A stretch of 54,546 nucleotides of DNA from positions 1 to 54,546 of the IMG/VR virus record IMGVR_UViG_3300032562_000035; one strand, given 5' to 3'. Shown in pieces: positions 27,643-37,984 of the stretch. Numbering within the stretch: the stretch's first letter is position 1; every line of letters starts with the position of its first letter. This DNA is from a virus. Its lineage: Duplodnaviria; Caudoviricetes. Below the pieces are notes generated by a model. That model did no database searches. It was not told the origin of the DNA and worked only from the letters and a program-made list of their open reading frames with translations. Both the position numbers and the translations under genes were made by a program.

Positions 27643-28371
27643 ATGAGCATCACCAACGGAGCAATTTGGACCTCCCCCAGTTCTCAGGACCCTTCCGGTC
27701 AAGGCGGGTTCACTGGGGCCGGGAACATCTGGGCGCAGAACGACACCGGCAACTGGTATGTGCGGAACATGGCAAACACAGCATGGACCTTATTGGGTTC
27801 AGGGGACCAGCAGTCTTTCGGGTTGATGCCCCTGTCTGGAGGGGCCATGTCGGGTGCCCTCACGGGGTCCACAGGGTTGATGACCGCAGATGGATCGACT
27901 CCCTTCGCGGTCCCCCCGACCGTCACCAGCAAGAGTAGCGTCATCGCGTCCATGGCTGATCTAACGGCATTACAGAACAATATTGTGACCTTGATCAACC
28001 AGACGGTCGCCCAGTCACTTTCGTCACTCCCGTCTTTCGGGATACGGAGCAACATGGCTTTCTCCTACGGGACAGTCACCAGCACCCAGGTAACATCAAC
28101 CCCTGTCATCCTGAACCTCCCCTACTCAGGGATGACTTACCCAGACGGGACAGCCGTTGCCCTGGCCGACTGCTTCGGGTTCGCCTCCATCCAGAACGTC
28201 ATGACTGGGACCAGTGCCTCTGCCTACCAGACTGCCCTTATTCCCCAGGGAACCACTACAAATAATTTCTACAATGGGATGCAGTGGGTCTGTTTCAATT
28301 TCATCTCCCCAAGCACCTATTCGGGTGGAACCTTGAATTACCTGATCATTGCCATCAAGCCGAATGCCTAG
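27643..28371 (+). CDS. Virion structural protein, paralogue B
   Basis: Shares the motifs of paralogue A. Confidence 0.65.
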   Translation: MSITNGAIWTSPSSQDPSGQGGFTGAGNIWAQNDTGNWYVRNMANTAWTLLGSGDQQSFGLMPLSGGAMSGALTGSTGLMTADGSTPFAVPPTVTSKSSVIASMADLTALQNNIVTLINQTVAQSLSSLPSFGIRSNMAFSYGTVTSTQVTSTPVILNLPYSGMTYPDGTAVALADCFGFASIQNVMTGTSASAYQTALIPQGTTTNNFYNGMQWVCFNFISPSTYSGGTLNYLIIAIKPNA

Positions 28372-28383
28372 TGGAGGGTCTGC

Positions 28384-31300
28384 ATGAAGACCTATAAAGT
28401 TGATTTCTCCAAGGGCATCAACGTGGTTGCCGACAAGAGATTGACCCCTGAAGGCTACATCGTTTTGGCCGACAATGTGGATCTCCGCAGCGGCAGCCTC
28501 CACCCGTTCAAATTCCCAGAACCGTTCATGCTACCGACTGCCGGTGTCCCTGCGGGGACCAACTGCATCTATGAGTTCAAGAACCAGTGGTTCTTCTCCA
28601 GCCTGTATCGAAACTACACCTCTGAATATGTTAGTTCACAGGCACGGGTCTACTTCTGCGAAACGACCATCGGAGCGGCTTATGGCGTATCCCACCTGGC
28701 CCCCCAAAAGGTCGTGAATGGAGTCCAGGCCAACCTCGGGTCCAATGTCCCAACCATGTCCTTGTCTGTATCGGAATCGACCACCGATAGCCCCTCCGCA
28801 TTCCTGGCGACTCCGATGACCACGGGTGGGGATCTCCCCACTGGGCAATATTCATACATGATCTCAGCGGTCATCGGGAACCAGGTGCTTCCTCCTTCGG
28901 GTTCTTATCTGGTGAGCATCCCCCAAGTGGCCGGGGCCAATATCACCACTGGGTCGGTTGTCCTGACCTGGGCAGCTACCGCGAATGCAACGGGGTATAT
29001 CATTTTTGGCAGGACCCAAGGGAAAGAGCAGACCTTGTTCACTCTTGGGTCTGGTGCATCTACCGTGACGGATATCGGGGTCTACAGCCCGTCTGGGGCT
29101 TACGCTGCCAATTACGCCCCTATCGACCCCCTCACCTATGTTTACACCTACGTCAGGGATGTGGGGACCATGGTGGATGAGAGTGGGCCTAGCCCATTAT
29201 CGGCAGCCTCCAGTTCATCGTATGTCAGGACATTGACCAGGAACCCTTTGACGGATGGTTTCTACGCTTCGTCCAATGCCTACACTGGGAACCTGTCTGC
29301 GTCTTCCTCCAACGGGTCAACCCCAATTACGGGTGCTGTTTTCCAGGGGTCACTGACGATCCTGACCCTTGCTGGATCAGCCCCTATTTCTTCGGGACCA
29401 TGGTGGGTGCCCGGGATGTCGATGGTGTTCTCCGCTTCTGACACTACCTACACCCCCTATCCGTTCTCTTTACCTGCCCCCCTGGGGACCCCGGTGGCAC
29501 CTAACCAGCCAGTCAACGGGGGTCTTGGGTCTGGCCTTGCCGCTGGTACCTACTCCTATAAGGTGGCAGCAATCAGGGGTGCTGTTGCAGGGCTTACTAG
29601 CCCCGCTACAACGATAGCTTCTGCCATCTCGCCATCCCTAGTTCTTCCGTCTGCCAACAGCATCAACGTGTCTTGGACTGGGGTTTCCGGGGCAACAGGC
29701 TATGTCCTTTACCGATATAACGGTACGAACTACCAGATTGCAGCGACAATCAACGGGAGTGCCACCAGTTTCGTTGACGTTGGGGCAGGGACTACGGTAG
29801 TGACCCCCCCGACCGTGGATGATACCGGGGTTACATATGGAAGCCCTGTTGTTGGGTATCCTCTGAGTTGGGAGAACCCTCCCGCGACTCACTGTGGCAG
29901 GATCATGATCATCCCCCAAGTCCTTCCGGCCAATACGAAGGTGAACCTGTTGCCGGGGACCCCCATTGCCAGTTTCTCTCTGGCTGCCTCTACGATCACT
30001 TCCATCGCTCCGACCTTCACCGGAGTTGACCAGGATGCGGTCTACATCTCGGGACCATCGACCCTGACCAAGAATCAGCTTGGCGGCAGAACCTACTACC
30101 ATGATGCGATGGGGATCTTCACCAACCCGGCATGGATCAACTGCTACTCCAAAGTATCAGTGAATGGGGTTTCCTTCTCGGATGTCCCAAATAATAATTA
30201 CTACACCTACTGGAACATCTATCGTGCTGGCGATACCGGGACCGCCTTTTCATTCGTGGCATCGGTCCCTATCCAGACCACAGTATTCAATGACGTTGTG
30301 GGGACGGAAGGGTTGGGCTATACCCTGCCTACCGAATACCCTGATGCCGATACCGGTGGAACGGTTATTTTCGCCCCACCCCCGGCAGACCTGATTGGGG
30401 TCACTGCCTACAATGGGATGCTGATGGGGATCAGTGGGAACTCGGTTCGGTGGACTCCCATCGGGATGCCTGATGCCTGGCCACTCATCTACTCCCAGAG
30501 TTTCCCCTTCCCCCCGCAGTGTGTCATTTCCCATTCTGGTGGTGCCTGGATCTTCTGCGAGGACGCGATCTACCGGATGGATGGCTTCACCCCGGGCGGG
30601 ATGGGGGTCCAGAAGACCCGCTGCGATGGGTGTATCGGTCCCCTGACCCCAAAAGTCATCGGTTCCGTGATCGTCTATCTGGCGAAGCGGGGCATCATGG
30701 TCATCAATGGCATGGATGCTACCTGTGCTACGGAGAGGGTGATCCCCTACAGACTGTTGACGCAACCGTCCTATTACTTGGGCGGGGTCTCCCAGCAGAA
30801 GTTCTGGTGGAACACCACCGACCACATGTCCTCCTACGGGGCACTCCTTGACATCGGCATGAACCCGATCCCCGCTGCGGATACCTTCGGGGTGGTCACG
30901 GCCAAGGACAAGCCGATCAATGGGGTCATCTGGGAGGCCCGATCCTTCGTCTGGCAGAACAAGTATTACCTGTATTTCTCCAATGTGCCGACCACGGAGT
31001 TCGCCGGTAACCCGACTTGGTGCCTGGACTTCGGGACCCTCCAGCAGTTGTATCAGATCCCCAACCACCCCGTCACTACCCTGGGGTTCAAGCCCACCGA
31101 TGTCCATGTCTCGTCCACGGGGGAGTGTTATACCCTGCTTGGGATTGACGCGACCAACGATCCTGAGAACCAAGCCAGACTCGCCATGGCCGAAGCCCAG
31201 TTTAATACCGCCTTGGCCTTAGTGAACCCTTCCTACACGGCATCCCAGGCGATCTACCGGTTCAACCCGACCTTCGGTCTGAATGTGCCGATGCGGTTCA

Positions 31301-31590
31301 GAACGTCTGAGAATACGGCGAACTCCCCCCAGACCCGGAAACGGTGGCGGGAGGTCAGGATGAATGGCATCGGGACCTGCCAGGTCCGTGTCTTCATTGA
31401 CGGGGTTCTGTGGACTCTGGCAAATGGACAGACTGCTACCACGGTGACCCTATCGGAAAGTCCGATCCACCCGTCCAGAATCCTTTTGCCGGTTGGGTCT
31501 TGGGGGTATTCTTGTTCTGTTGAGGTCTGTGGTGACATCACCGTCCGATTCATTGAATTTGGCTACGACCCGATGACCGGTGAAGACTGA
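28384..31590 (+). CDS. Tail nozzle (tubular protein B / gp10-like) with FN3-like insertions
   Basis: FSKGIN...ADNVDL N-terminus, PDAWP propeller region; two GxYSY...W...ATGY repeats. Confidence 0.7.
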   Translation: MKTYKVDFSKGINVVADKRLTPEGYIVLADNVDLRSGSLHPFKFPEPFMLPTAGVPAGTNCIYEFKNQWFFSSLYRNYTSEYVSSQARVYFCETTIGAAYGVSHLAPQKVVNGVQANLGSNVPTMSLSVSESTTDSPSAFLATPMTTGGDLPTGQYSYMISAVIGNQVLPPSGSYLVSIPQVAGANITTGSVVLTWAATANATGYIIFGRTQGKEQTLFTLGSGASTVTDIGVYSPSGAYAANYAPIDPLTYVYTYVRDVGTMVDESGPSPLSAASSSSYVRTLTRNPLTDGFYASSNAYTGNLSASSSNGSTPITGAVFQGSLTILTLAGSAPISSGPWWVPGMSMVFSASDTTYTPYPFSLPAPLGTPVAPNQPVNGGLGSGLAAGTYSYKVAAIRGAVAGLTSPATTIASAISPSLVLPSANSINVSWTGVSGATGYVLYRYNGTNYQIAATINGSATSFVDVGAGTTVVTPPTVDDTGVTYGSPVVGYPLSWENPPATHCGRIMIIPQVLPANTKVNLLPGTPIASFSLAASTITSIAPTFTGVDQDAVYISGPSTLTKNQLGGRTYYHDAMGIFTNPAWINCYSKVSVNGVSFSDVPNNNYYTYWNIYRAGDTGTAFSFVASVPIQTTVFNDVVGTEGLGYTLPTEYPDADTGGTVIFAPPPADLIGVTAYNGMLMGISGNSVRWTPIGMPDAWPLIYSQSFPFPPQCVISHSGGAWIFCEDAIYRMDGFTPGGMGVQKTRCDGCIGPLTPKVIGSVIVYLAKRGIMVINGMDATCATERVIPYRLLTQPSYYLGGVSQQKFWWNTTDHMSSYGALLDIGMNPIPAADTFGVVTAKDKPINGVIWEARSFVWQNKYYLYFSNVPTTEFAGNPTWCLDFGTLQQLYQIPNHPVTTLGFKPTDVHVSSTGECYTLLGIDATNDPENQARLAMAEAQFNTALALVNPSYTASQAIYRFNPTFGLNVPMRFRTSENTANSPQTRKRWREVRMNGIGTCQVRVFIDGVLWTLANGQTATTVTLSESPIHPSRILLPVGSWGYSCSVEVCGDITVRFIEFGYDPMTGED

Positions 31591-34532
31591 TGGCAAGACC
31601 GCCCTTCCTGATCCATGACGTAAGCCTCGATGAATTAAATCGGGTCTTCCGGCATATCCAGGCAGCGTCAACCAACGCAAGCAAGGGCGGTAATAGCATC
31701 ACGGAGATCACCGGCACCGGGGGGTCCGTATCGGCCTCCTTCGGCGGTGGTGGCGGTGGTGGTGGGACCTGGGGCAGCATCACCGGGACCCTGAGTGCCC
31801 AGACGGATCTGTGGACTGCGCTGGGGGGGAAGCAACCCCTGGCGACCAACCTGACCACTTTCTCAGGGCTGGCCGATGCCTCTGGGTGGCTCCAGAACAA
31901 CGGGAGCGGAACCTATACCTGGACCGTCCCCCAGGCTACCTTGGCGAGGGCCAACTTCAACTACACCACGGGGGTCTTGGCCCCGAATGCCCAGGTGATC
32001 TACACGGTCCCCATGGGCACAGAGACCTTCCAGTTCCAGAACATGCAGGTTACCGCCCCTTGTCGGGTGCGGGTCTATGGGACCATGGCCGCTGCGGTGG
32101 CCGACCAGGCTCGGATCTCCACGGTAGATCCGACCGGGAACCACGGCATGTATCTGGAGATGCTCTTCAATGCAGCCAACCTCGTATGGACGGTAACCCC
32201 GATTGCAACCATTGAGAACCAGGACGTGGTGGAGAATGGCGCGATCTACATGACCGTGCAGAACCTGGGAGCCAGCACTGGGACGATCACTATCACCGGG
32301 GTCTACCTGGGCATGGAGATCACCGGGAGCAGCACCAGTTCCTGGATGCTCAACCCAATGACGAGCGTGGGTGATCTGATCGTTGGCAGCACGGCTGGCA
32401 GCCCCTCCAGGCTGTCGATTGGGGCCAATGCCTACGTCCTCACCAGTAACGGGACAACGGCCTCCTGGCAGCCTTCTACAGGGGGTGGCGGGGCTTCATG
32501 GGGTTCGATCACGGGGACCCTGAGTGCCCAGACCGACCTCAATTCTGCGCTGAATGGGAAACAGCCCCTGGCGACCAGCCTGACCACGTTCTCCGCCCTG
32601 GCGAATGCAAATGGTTACCTATCCAACAACGGGTCCGGGGTGTTGACCTGGACTGCCGGAACGGGTGGGGTGGCCTGGGGATCCATCACCGGGACGCTGA
32701 GTGCCCAGACCGACCTGAACACGGCGCTTGGCAACTTGCAGCCGCTAGCCACGCCGCTCACCAACTTCGCCGCGCTCTCGAATGCTTCGGGCGTGCTCAC
32801 CAACAACGGCACCGGCACGCTCTCGTGGGGCGCTGCCTACACGCTGCCTACAGCCACCTCCACGGTGCTTGGCGGCGTGAAACCGGACAATGTGAGCATC
32901 CTCAATGCGGCTGGCGTGCTGACGGCCACTGCCGCCTCAGTCGGGGCCGTCCCTGCGGGCGGCAACGCTGGCACGGCCACCTCCCTCGCTGCTGGCACAG
33001 CCAACCAGATCCCCTACCAGACCGGAGCGGGAGTCACCTCGTTCTTCTCCGCTGCGAACTACGGTGTCCCTATCTACGGAGCGACTGGAGTTCCACAGAG
33101 CATCGCAGGTGCTGCCGGTGTGTTGATCGGCAGTGCTTCGGCCATCCCTGCATGGTCAACCTACCTCCCTGCCGCTCAGTTCCCTGCGATGACGGGAGAT
33201 GTGACCTCTGTGGCTGGTGCCTTGGCTACGACCCTCGCCACCACCCAGAGTGCCGTTCACACTTGGTCAGCCGCGCAGACGTTCAGTAGCACCCTGAACA
33301 AGGTCACGATCACCGCTCCCACCACCTCTGCTACTTTGACGCTGGTGACAGGTTCTACCCTGCAAACAACCGGGGCATTCACCCTCAATCTGACCACCAC
33401 AGCCGCTTCCACCCCGACCTTCCCGGCTGGGTCAGGGACGCTTGCCTACCTGGGCGGAACCAACACCTGGAGTGCCGCCCAGACTTTCGGTTCCACCATC
33501 AACAAGGTCACGATCACCGCGCCGACCACTTCGGCCACCCTGACCCTGGTAACTGGATCCACCTTGGTCACGGCTGGGGCGTTCTCGCTCACGCTCACCA
33601 CCACGGCAACGACTGTGGCGACCTTCCCGGCTGGGACCACGACCCTGCTCCAGAACGTCCTTACCACGACCGGCGATCTCATGTACTCCTCGTCTGGCAC
33701 GACTCCGGCCAGACTTGGGGTTGGTTCTTCGGGCCAGGTGCTTGGTGTCTCTGCGGGGCTACCGGCCTGGGTCAACTCGACCGCCGACATGCTCTCATCC
33801 ATCGTAAACGCAGAGATCGCGGTATCGGGCGCAACCACCGCCACCATCCTGTGCTGGCACAACTGCACGGCAACGAGCGCCAACTACGCGCTGACCCTGC
33901 CGACCGCCGCATCGTCTTCCGGCAAACTCTTGGGCATTCGTATCGACCCGTCCTCCACCTACCTAGTCACCGTTACGGGCAACGGTGCGGAGACCATTGA
34001 TGGCTCGAACACCCGCATCATGTGGGCCAATGAGGTAGCGGTTCTGAAAAGCAACGGAACCACCTGGACGAAGGTGAGCGGCAAGACCATCCCCATGGTC
34101 AGTGTGCTGGGTTTCCAAGCGGCACAACTGTTCTCAGCCTCAACGCTCACCAAAGTAAATCTGACAACCAGCCTGCAACTGACCGCTCCCCCAGCCTTCC
34201 AGATTACGGCTTGGGCCCAAGTCACGATCCTGCGCCCAGGGAACTACCGATCAGAAATCTGCTTGGTATATAACCTAAATAATGCTTCAGCCTGTATCGT
34301 CCAGGCTTCCCTCTGCAAGAACGGCGCGAACGCCGTTGATGGCTACAACTACGCACAGGCCAACTTGCAGCAATCCGCGATCAACGCCTCCCTGCTGCCC
34401 TTCGTAGCCGGGGACGCACTGACTGCCTATGGATTCTTTGGGGCTGGTTCCTACACCACCTCGACCCTGATCGTGGACGTATCGCCACTCAGCCGGAACA
34501 GCTTCATCGTCACGGAGATCCCCACATGGTAG
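31590..34532 (+). CDS. Tail fibre protein
   Basis: Three WGSITGTLSAQTDL repeats, two TWSAAQTF..NKVTITAPTTSATL repeats, two TxxGDL..PxRL repeats. Confidence 0.85.
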   Translation: MARPPFLIHDVSLDELNRVFRHIQAASTNASKGGNSITEITGTGGSVSASFGGGGGGGGTWGSITGTLSAQTDLWTALGGKQPLATNLTTFSGLADASGWLQNNGSGTYTWTVPQATLARANFNYTTGVLAPNAQVIYTVPMGTETFQFQNMQVTAPCRVRVYGTMAAAVADQARISTVDPTGNHGMYLEMLFNAANLVWTVTPIATIENQDVVENGAIYMTVQNLGASTGTITITGVYLGMEITGSSTSSWMLNPMTSVGDLIVGSTAGSPSRLSIGANAYVLTSNGTTASWQPSTGGGGASWGSITGTLSAQTDLNSALNGKQPLATSLTTFSALANANGYLSNNGSGVLTWTAGTGGVAWGSITGTLSAQTDLNTALGNLQPLATPLTNFAALSNASGVLTNNGTGTLSWGAAYTLPTATSTVLGGVKPDNVSILNAAGVLTATAASVGAVPAGGNAGTATSLAAGTANQIPYQTGAGVTSFFSAANYGVPIYGATGVPQSIAGAAGVLIGSASAIPAWSTYLPAAQFPAMTGDVTSVAGALATTLATTQSAVHTWSAAQTFSSTLNKVTITAPTTSATLTLVTGSTLQTTGAFTLNLTTTAASTPTFPAGSGTLAYLGGTNTWSAAQTFGSTINKVTITAPTTSATLTLVTGSTLVTAGAFSLTLTTTATTVATFPAGTTTLLQNVLTTTGDLMYSSSGTTPARLGVGSSGQVLGVSAGLPAWVNSTADMLSSIVNAEIAVSGATTATILCWHNCTATSANYALTLPTAASSSGKLLGIRIDPSSTYLVTVTGNGAETIDGSNTRIMWANEVAVLKSNGTTWTKVSGKTIPMVSVLGFQAAQLFSASTLTKVNLTTSLQLTAPPAFQITAWAQVTILRPGNYRSEICLVYNLNNASACIVQASLCKNGANAVDGYNYAQANLQQSAINASLLPFVAGDALTAYGFFGAGSYTTSTLIVDVSPLSRNSFIVTEIPTW

Positions 34533-34906
34533 ACGCTCTATGGGTAGACGATGGCAATGGCCCCATCCAGAACCCTGCTATCAGCCCAGAAGATTTCCCG
34601 GCCCTACTAGCAGCGTGGCAAGCCAACAACGTGGCCTCGCTCTGGCAGAGTGCCTACAGCTACGAGTTCAACCGCATCAGCGGTACGGCGGTCGCTCTCC
34701 TGGCCCAGGGCGTGGTCAAAGGCGGTCCCGTTGCCAAGGCCATCCTGGAGTGGTCGAACTCCCTATGGGCACTCTACTATGAGCGGAAGCCGTTGGTGTT
34801 GGCATGGGCTTCTCCGGCTGGCACCGACTGGACCCTGATGGACTTTTCCAGCCTTGGGGAACTGCCCCACTCCATCCCCGAATTGCTTGCTGAAGTTTCT
34901 TCTTAG
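34526..34906 (+). CDS. Putative tail fibre assembly chaperone
   Basis: Small gene overlapping the fibre 3' end. Confidence 0.5.
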   Translation: MVDALWVDDGNGPIQNPAISPEDFPALLAAWQANNVASLWQSAYSYEFNRISGTAVALLAQGVVKGGPVAKAILEWSNSLWALYYERKPLVLAWASPAGTDWTLMDFSSLGELPHSIPELLAEVSS

Positions 34907-34915
34907 GAGCACCGC

Positions 34916-36967
34916 ATGTCCACCTTCCAAGGCTATGCCGCATCGCTGGTGCCACTGGGTTACTCGATCCTACAGACTCAGCAGCAGTTCATCTCCTGGC
35001 TCTGCACCAGCCCTGGGCAGTGGCAGTGCCACCGGCAGGCCTATCCGCCCATGAACACCACCGGCTCCACCATCCCCAACCCCGGCAACGCCATTGACGG
35101 CACGCCCACGACCTCTGCGGGAGGTGCTGGCGCGGCTCCAGGCTACCTGGAACTGACCTTCCCTGCCGCCTTCACGCCGACCGCGCTCTACATCCAGGTC
35201 GGGCTGACCTACGCCACCTCCACCACCTACGAGCTTGACGCGCCCTCCGCGTGGACGCTCGACTACTACAACGGCTCCACCTGGGTCAACGTGCAGACCT
35301 GGAGCGGTCAGGTCGGCTGGGCACCGGGAGAGCGCAGACGATTCACCGTGGCCGGTGCGCCCTCAACATGGACGATCTGGCGCGTGAACTTCACCTCGAA
35401 CAACGGCTCCGCGAACACCTACATCGCTGAGTGCGTGCTGGAGGATCTGAGCAGCACCACCAACGCGACCACGGTGGCGAACTGGGGCACCTCCTACAAC
35501 TTCGCCGACTTCGTTCCGGTGGCAACGGAACTGATCGGCAACAGCGTGGCTCGCGAAGTGCTACGCATCAACTTCCTGGCCGCGTCCATAAACTTTGCCA
35601 TCGGCCAGGAGTTGCTTACCTCCATGGCTGGCGTGTTCTCCTGGGACACGGCGGCAGCGGCAGCGGTGACGCTCACCATCACCGGCCCTGGTGGCAACAG
35701 CTACAGCTACACCGGCTCTGCTGGCAACACTGCGACTCAGAACGCTCGTGCGCTGTTCGAGTTGTGCGCGGCCAACGCCAACTCCTACTCCGATTTCGCG
35801 GCGTGGAACTGGGTGTGGTTCGGCTTCAACCAGGGCGTGACCGGCTGCGGCTACTTCTACGCCGTGCAGAAGACTCCCGGCATGACCGCGCCGTTCACCT
35901 CCAACGCCAACATCGTCACCCGCATTCGCATGGCCTACGCGCAGGGCGTGCCGTCCATCGGCATGATGCAGGGCTGCTCCTGGACCTACACGCAGTCGCT
36001 CACCTACGATCTGGTCAATGGCTTCATCGCGTATCTCCAGATCAGTTCGCGGTCGATCTGCCTGGGCGTGAAGACCAACGTGGGCTACAACGGCCCCATC
36101 TACGCTGGCTACGGCGCGAATGCCGATGCGCTCGCGCAGTTGCCGACCTCCGACCTGTCCGTGGCTGGTGGCCCTCCTTGTACACCCATCGAGCTTGTCA
36201 TCGGAGCAACGGACGGCACCGCTGCGAACTCTGGCGGTACCTACTACGTGGGCCATGTGTGGGGCATCTGTTCGGCACAGTCCACCATGGCGAACAACGG
36301 AATCCTGCTCAGTACGGAAACCAATGGCAACTGCCCCTTCTGGTCGAAGGGCATCATCCCTGGCTTCATGCAGGAGTTCGGCATGAACTCCGCCGGACTG
36401 AACTGGTCCAGCAACTCGCTGAACGCCGGCTCTCTGAAGCTTGGTTCTGAAGGGCAGGCCTCTGGTGCTGATACTGCCTCCACTTGGGCCTCAATTCATC
36501 GTATGGGTGCTGTCAGTTTCACAATTGGCATCGGCACCGTGCAGAATACCTCTTGGGCGAGCGGCCGTGGCGGCACGCCTGGACTGCCCATGCTCGACTT
36601 CTACCGCTACGTGGGCACGCCGCCCTCCAGCGAGCAGATGATCCTCGCTCCCGACCAGGACTACACGGCGGTCGCCAACGGCAACCAGACCAATGCCGCG
36701 ACTACGATCAACATCACTTCATTGCAAACGTGGCCTCCCGTGTCCACCATGGGCTACGCCATCATCGATGGTGAGGTCGTCACCTACACCGGCATTACGA
36801 ACACCGGAGCGGGTGGCACCACCAACTCGCTCACCGGCTGCGTGCGAGGAGCCTACTCCACCTCGCCTGTGAACATCATCGGCGGTGTGACCAACGTAGT
36901 CATCGGCGGGTGGTTCATCGCGTTCAACAACGGTCTGCTGTTCTTCGGCTACACGAAGCCGGTCTAG
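34916..36967 (+). CDS. Tail spike / receptor-binding protein with a discoidin (F5/8C)-like domain
   Basis: NAIDG...AP.AWTL...NG.TW..V...W..GERRRF...WR.NFT.NNG..YIAE. Confidence 0.65.
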   Translation: MSTFQGYAASLVPLGYSILQTQQQFISWLCTSPGQWQCHRQAYPPMNTTGSTIPNPGNAIDGTPTTSAGGAGAAPGYLELTFPAAFTPTALYIQVGLTYATSTTYELDAPSAWTLDYYNGSTWVNVQTWSGQVGWAPGERRRFTVAGAPSTWTIWRVNFTSNNGSANTYIAECVLEDLSSTTNATTVANWGTSYNFADFVPVATELIGNSVAREVLRINFLAASINFAIGQELLTSMAGVFSWDTAAAAAVTLTITGPGGNSYSYTGSAGNTATQNARALFELCAANANSYSDFAAWNWVWFGFNQGVTGCGYFYAVQKTPGMTAPFTSNANIVTRIRMAYAQGVPSIGMMQGCSWTYTQSLTYDLVNGFIAYLQISSRSICLGVKTNVGYNGPIYAGYGANADALAQLPTSDLSVAGGPPCTPIELVIGATDGTAANSGGTYYVGHVWGICSAQSTMANNGILLSTETNGNCPFWSKGIIPGFMQEFGMNSAGLNWSSNSLNAGSLKLGSEGQASGADTASTWASIHRMGAVSFTIGIGTVQNTSWASGRGGTPGLPMLDFYRYVGTPPSSEQMILAPDQDYTAVANGNQTNAATTINITSLQTWPPVSTMGYAIIDGEVVTYTGITNTGAGGTTNSLTGCVRGAYSTSPVNIIGGVTNVVIGGWFIAFNNGLLFFGYTKPV

Positions 36968-36976
36968 GGGTGAAGC

Positions 36977-37315
36977 ATGGCAACGCCGGTCAAGGCTCTC
37001 GTCCAGCCAACCTCGCCCACGCTGGGCATCGCGTCCAGCGGTGTGAAGTGCTACCTCAAGCCGTTCACCATCGGCCGCTCCACCTTGTGGGAATGCACGA
37101 TCACCTCGACCTCGCCGTGGAGCCACGCCCCACGCTTCTGCCTTCGCAACTTCACGCTGGGCACAGCCACCACCACCGTGCGCCTGACCCTCAAGCCGTT
37201 CACCCTCGCCACGGCACGGTTCGCCATTGACTGGCCTCCGTTCTACCAACCCACACTGCGCCCCACAGTCGGGCAACTCTGGCCCCGTGGGTTCTACTCG
37301 AAGGGTGCCCTATGA
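36977..37315 (+). CDS. Hypothetical virion-module protein
   Basis: Three LKPFT/LRNFT repeats; PTVGQLWPRG tail. Confidence 0.6.
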   Translation: MATPVKALVQPTSPTLGIASSGVKCYLKPFTIGRSTLWECTITSTSPWSHAPRFCLRNFTLGTATTTVRLTLKPFTLATARFAIDWPPFYQPTLRPTVGQLWPRGFYSKGAL

Positions 37316-37983
37316 GATTCGCCACCCCTGGAGATAGGCCCATCATTGAAGCCATCCTGGCGGAAGCAGGGGCTTCTGGGGAGACCATGATCATGGGTGA
37401 TTCGAGCCTTGAATGGTTCTTCGATAATGGGTTCTTCCTGGTGTCAGAGGGCGGGGAAGGGTGCTTTTGGCTCCGGGTCTTGGATGAGCAGACGCTAGAA
37501 GTCCACGCCACCTATAAGCCATCAGCCCGGGGCAGGGTCGCTCGTCAGATCGCTAAGGATGGCATCCGCGAAGTGTTCTCGTCCTTGCCGACTCAACGCT
37601 TGATAACACGATGCAAGACCAAGCATAAGCATGTCATCATGTTTGGCGAATGGCTTGGGTTCCGGCGAGTCGGGACGATGGGTGACGATGTAGTGATGGA
37701 ATGCACCCTGGATACCTTTGTTGCCAATGACGGGATCCTGATGGAGCGGGTCATGGACGCCGGATTCCCGCTGCCGCTACCCTGCACTTTGGGGCAAGCG
37801 ATATATGCTGGGTTCTTTTTAGAGTGTTTAGAGCATGGGCAAGTGTTCAAAGGGGTTGATGTGTATAACCGAATGGGGTCCCTGTTAGGCTGGGAACCCT
37901 TGCTAATCTCAGGTAACGACCCTATGCTTTTTAGCGTAGGGACTAGGCAATTCTCGCCCATCAAAGTGGAAACTGAGGCATAA
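37312..37983 (+). CDS. GNAT-fold tail assembly protein (T7 gp13 / P22 gp14-like)
   Basis: EVHATY.P.ARG, LITR, LGFRRVG; precedes the ejection proteins. Confidence 0.7.
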   Translation: MRFATPGDRPIIEAILAEAGASGETMIMGDSSLEWFFDNGFFLVSEGGEGCFWLRVLDEQTLEVHATYKPSARGRVARQIAKDGIREVFSSLPTQRLITRCKTKHKHVIMFGEWLGFRRVGTMGDDVVMECTLDTFVANDGILMERVMDAGFPLPLPCTLGQAIYAGFFLECLEHGQVFKGVDVYNRMGSLLGWEPLLISGNDPMLFSVGTRQFSPIKVETEA

Positions 37984-37984
37984 C

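Noticed and set aside
34917-34922. TGTCCA at the start of the spike gene (also one at 8621)
   Set aside because: Explained by ATG TCC ACC; isolated copies are expected by chance and lack the stop-motif-RBS layout.
31590-36967. Diversity-generating retroelement or invertible tail-fibre shufflon
   Set aside because: No reverse transcriptase or invertase; the repeats are in-frame protein repeats without adenine-specific differences.
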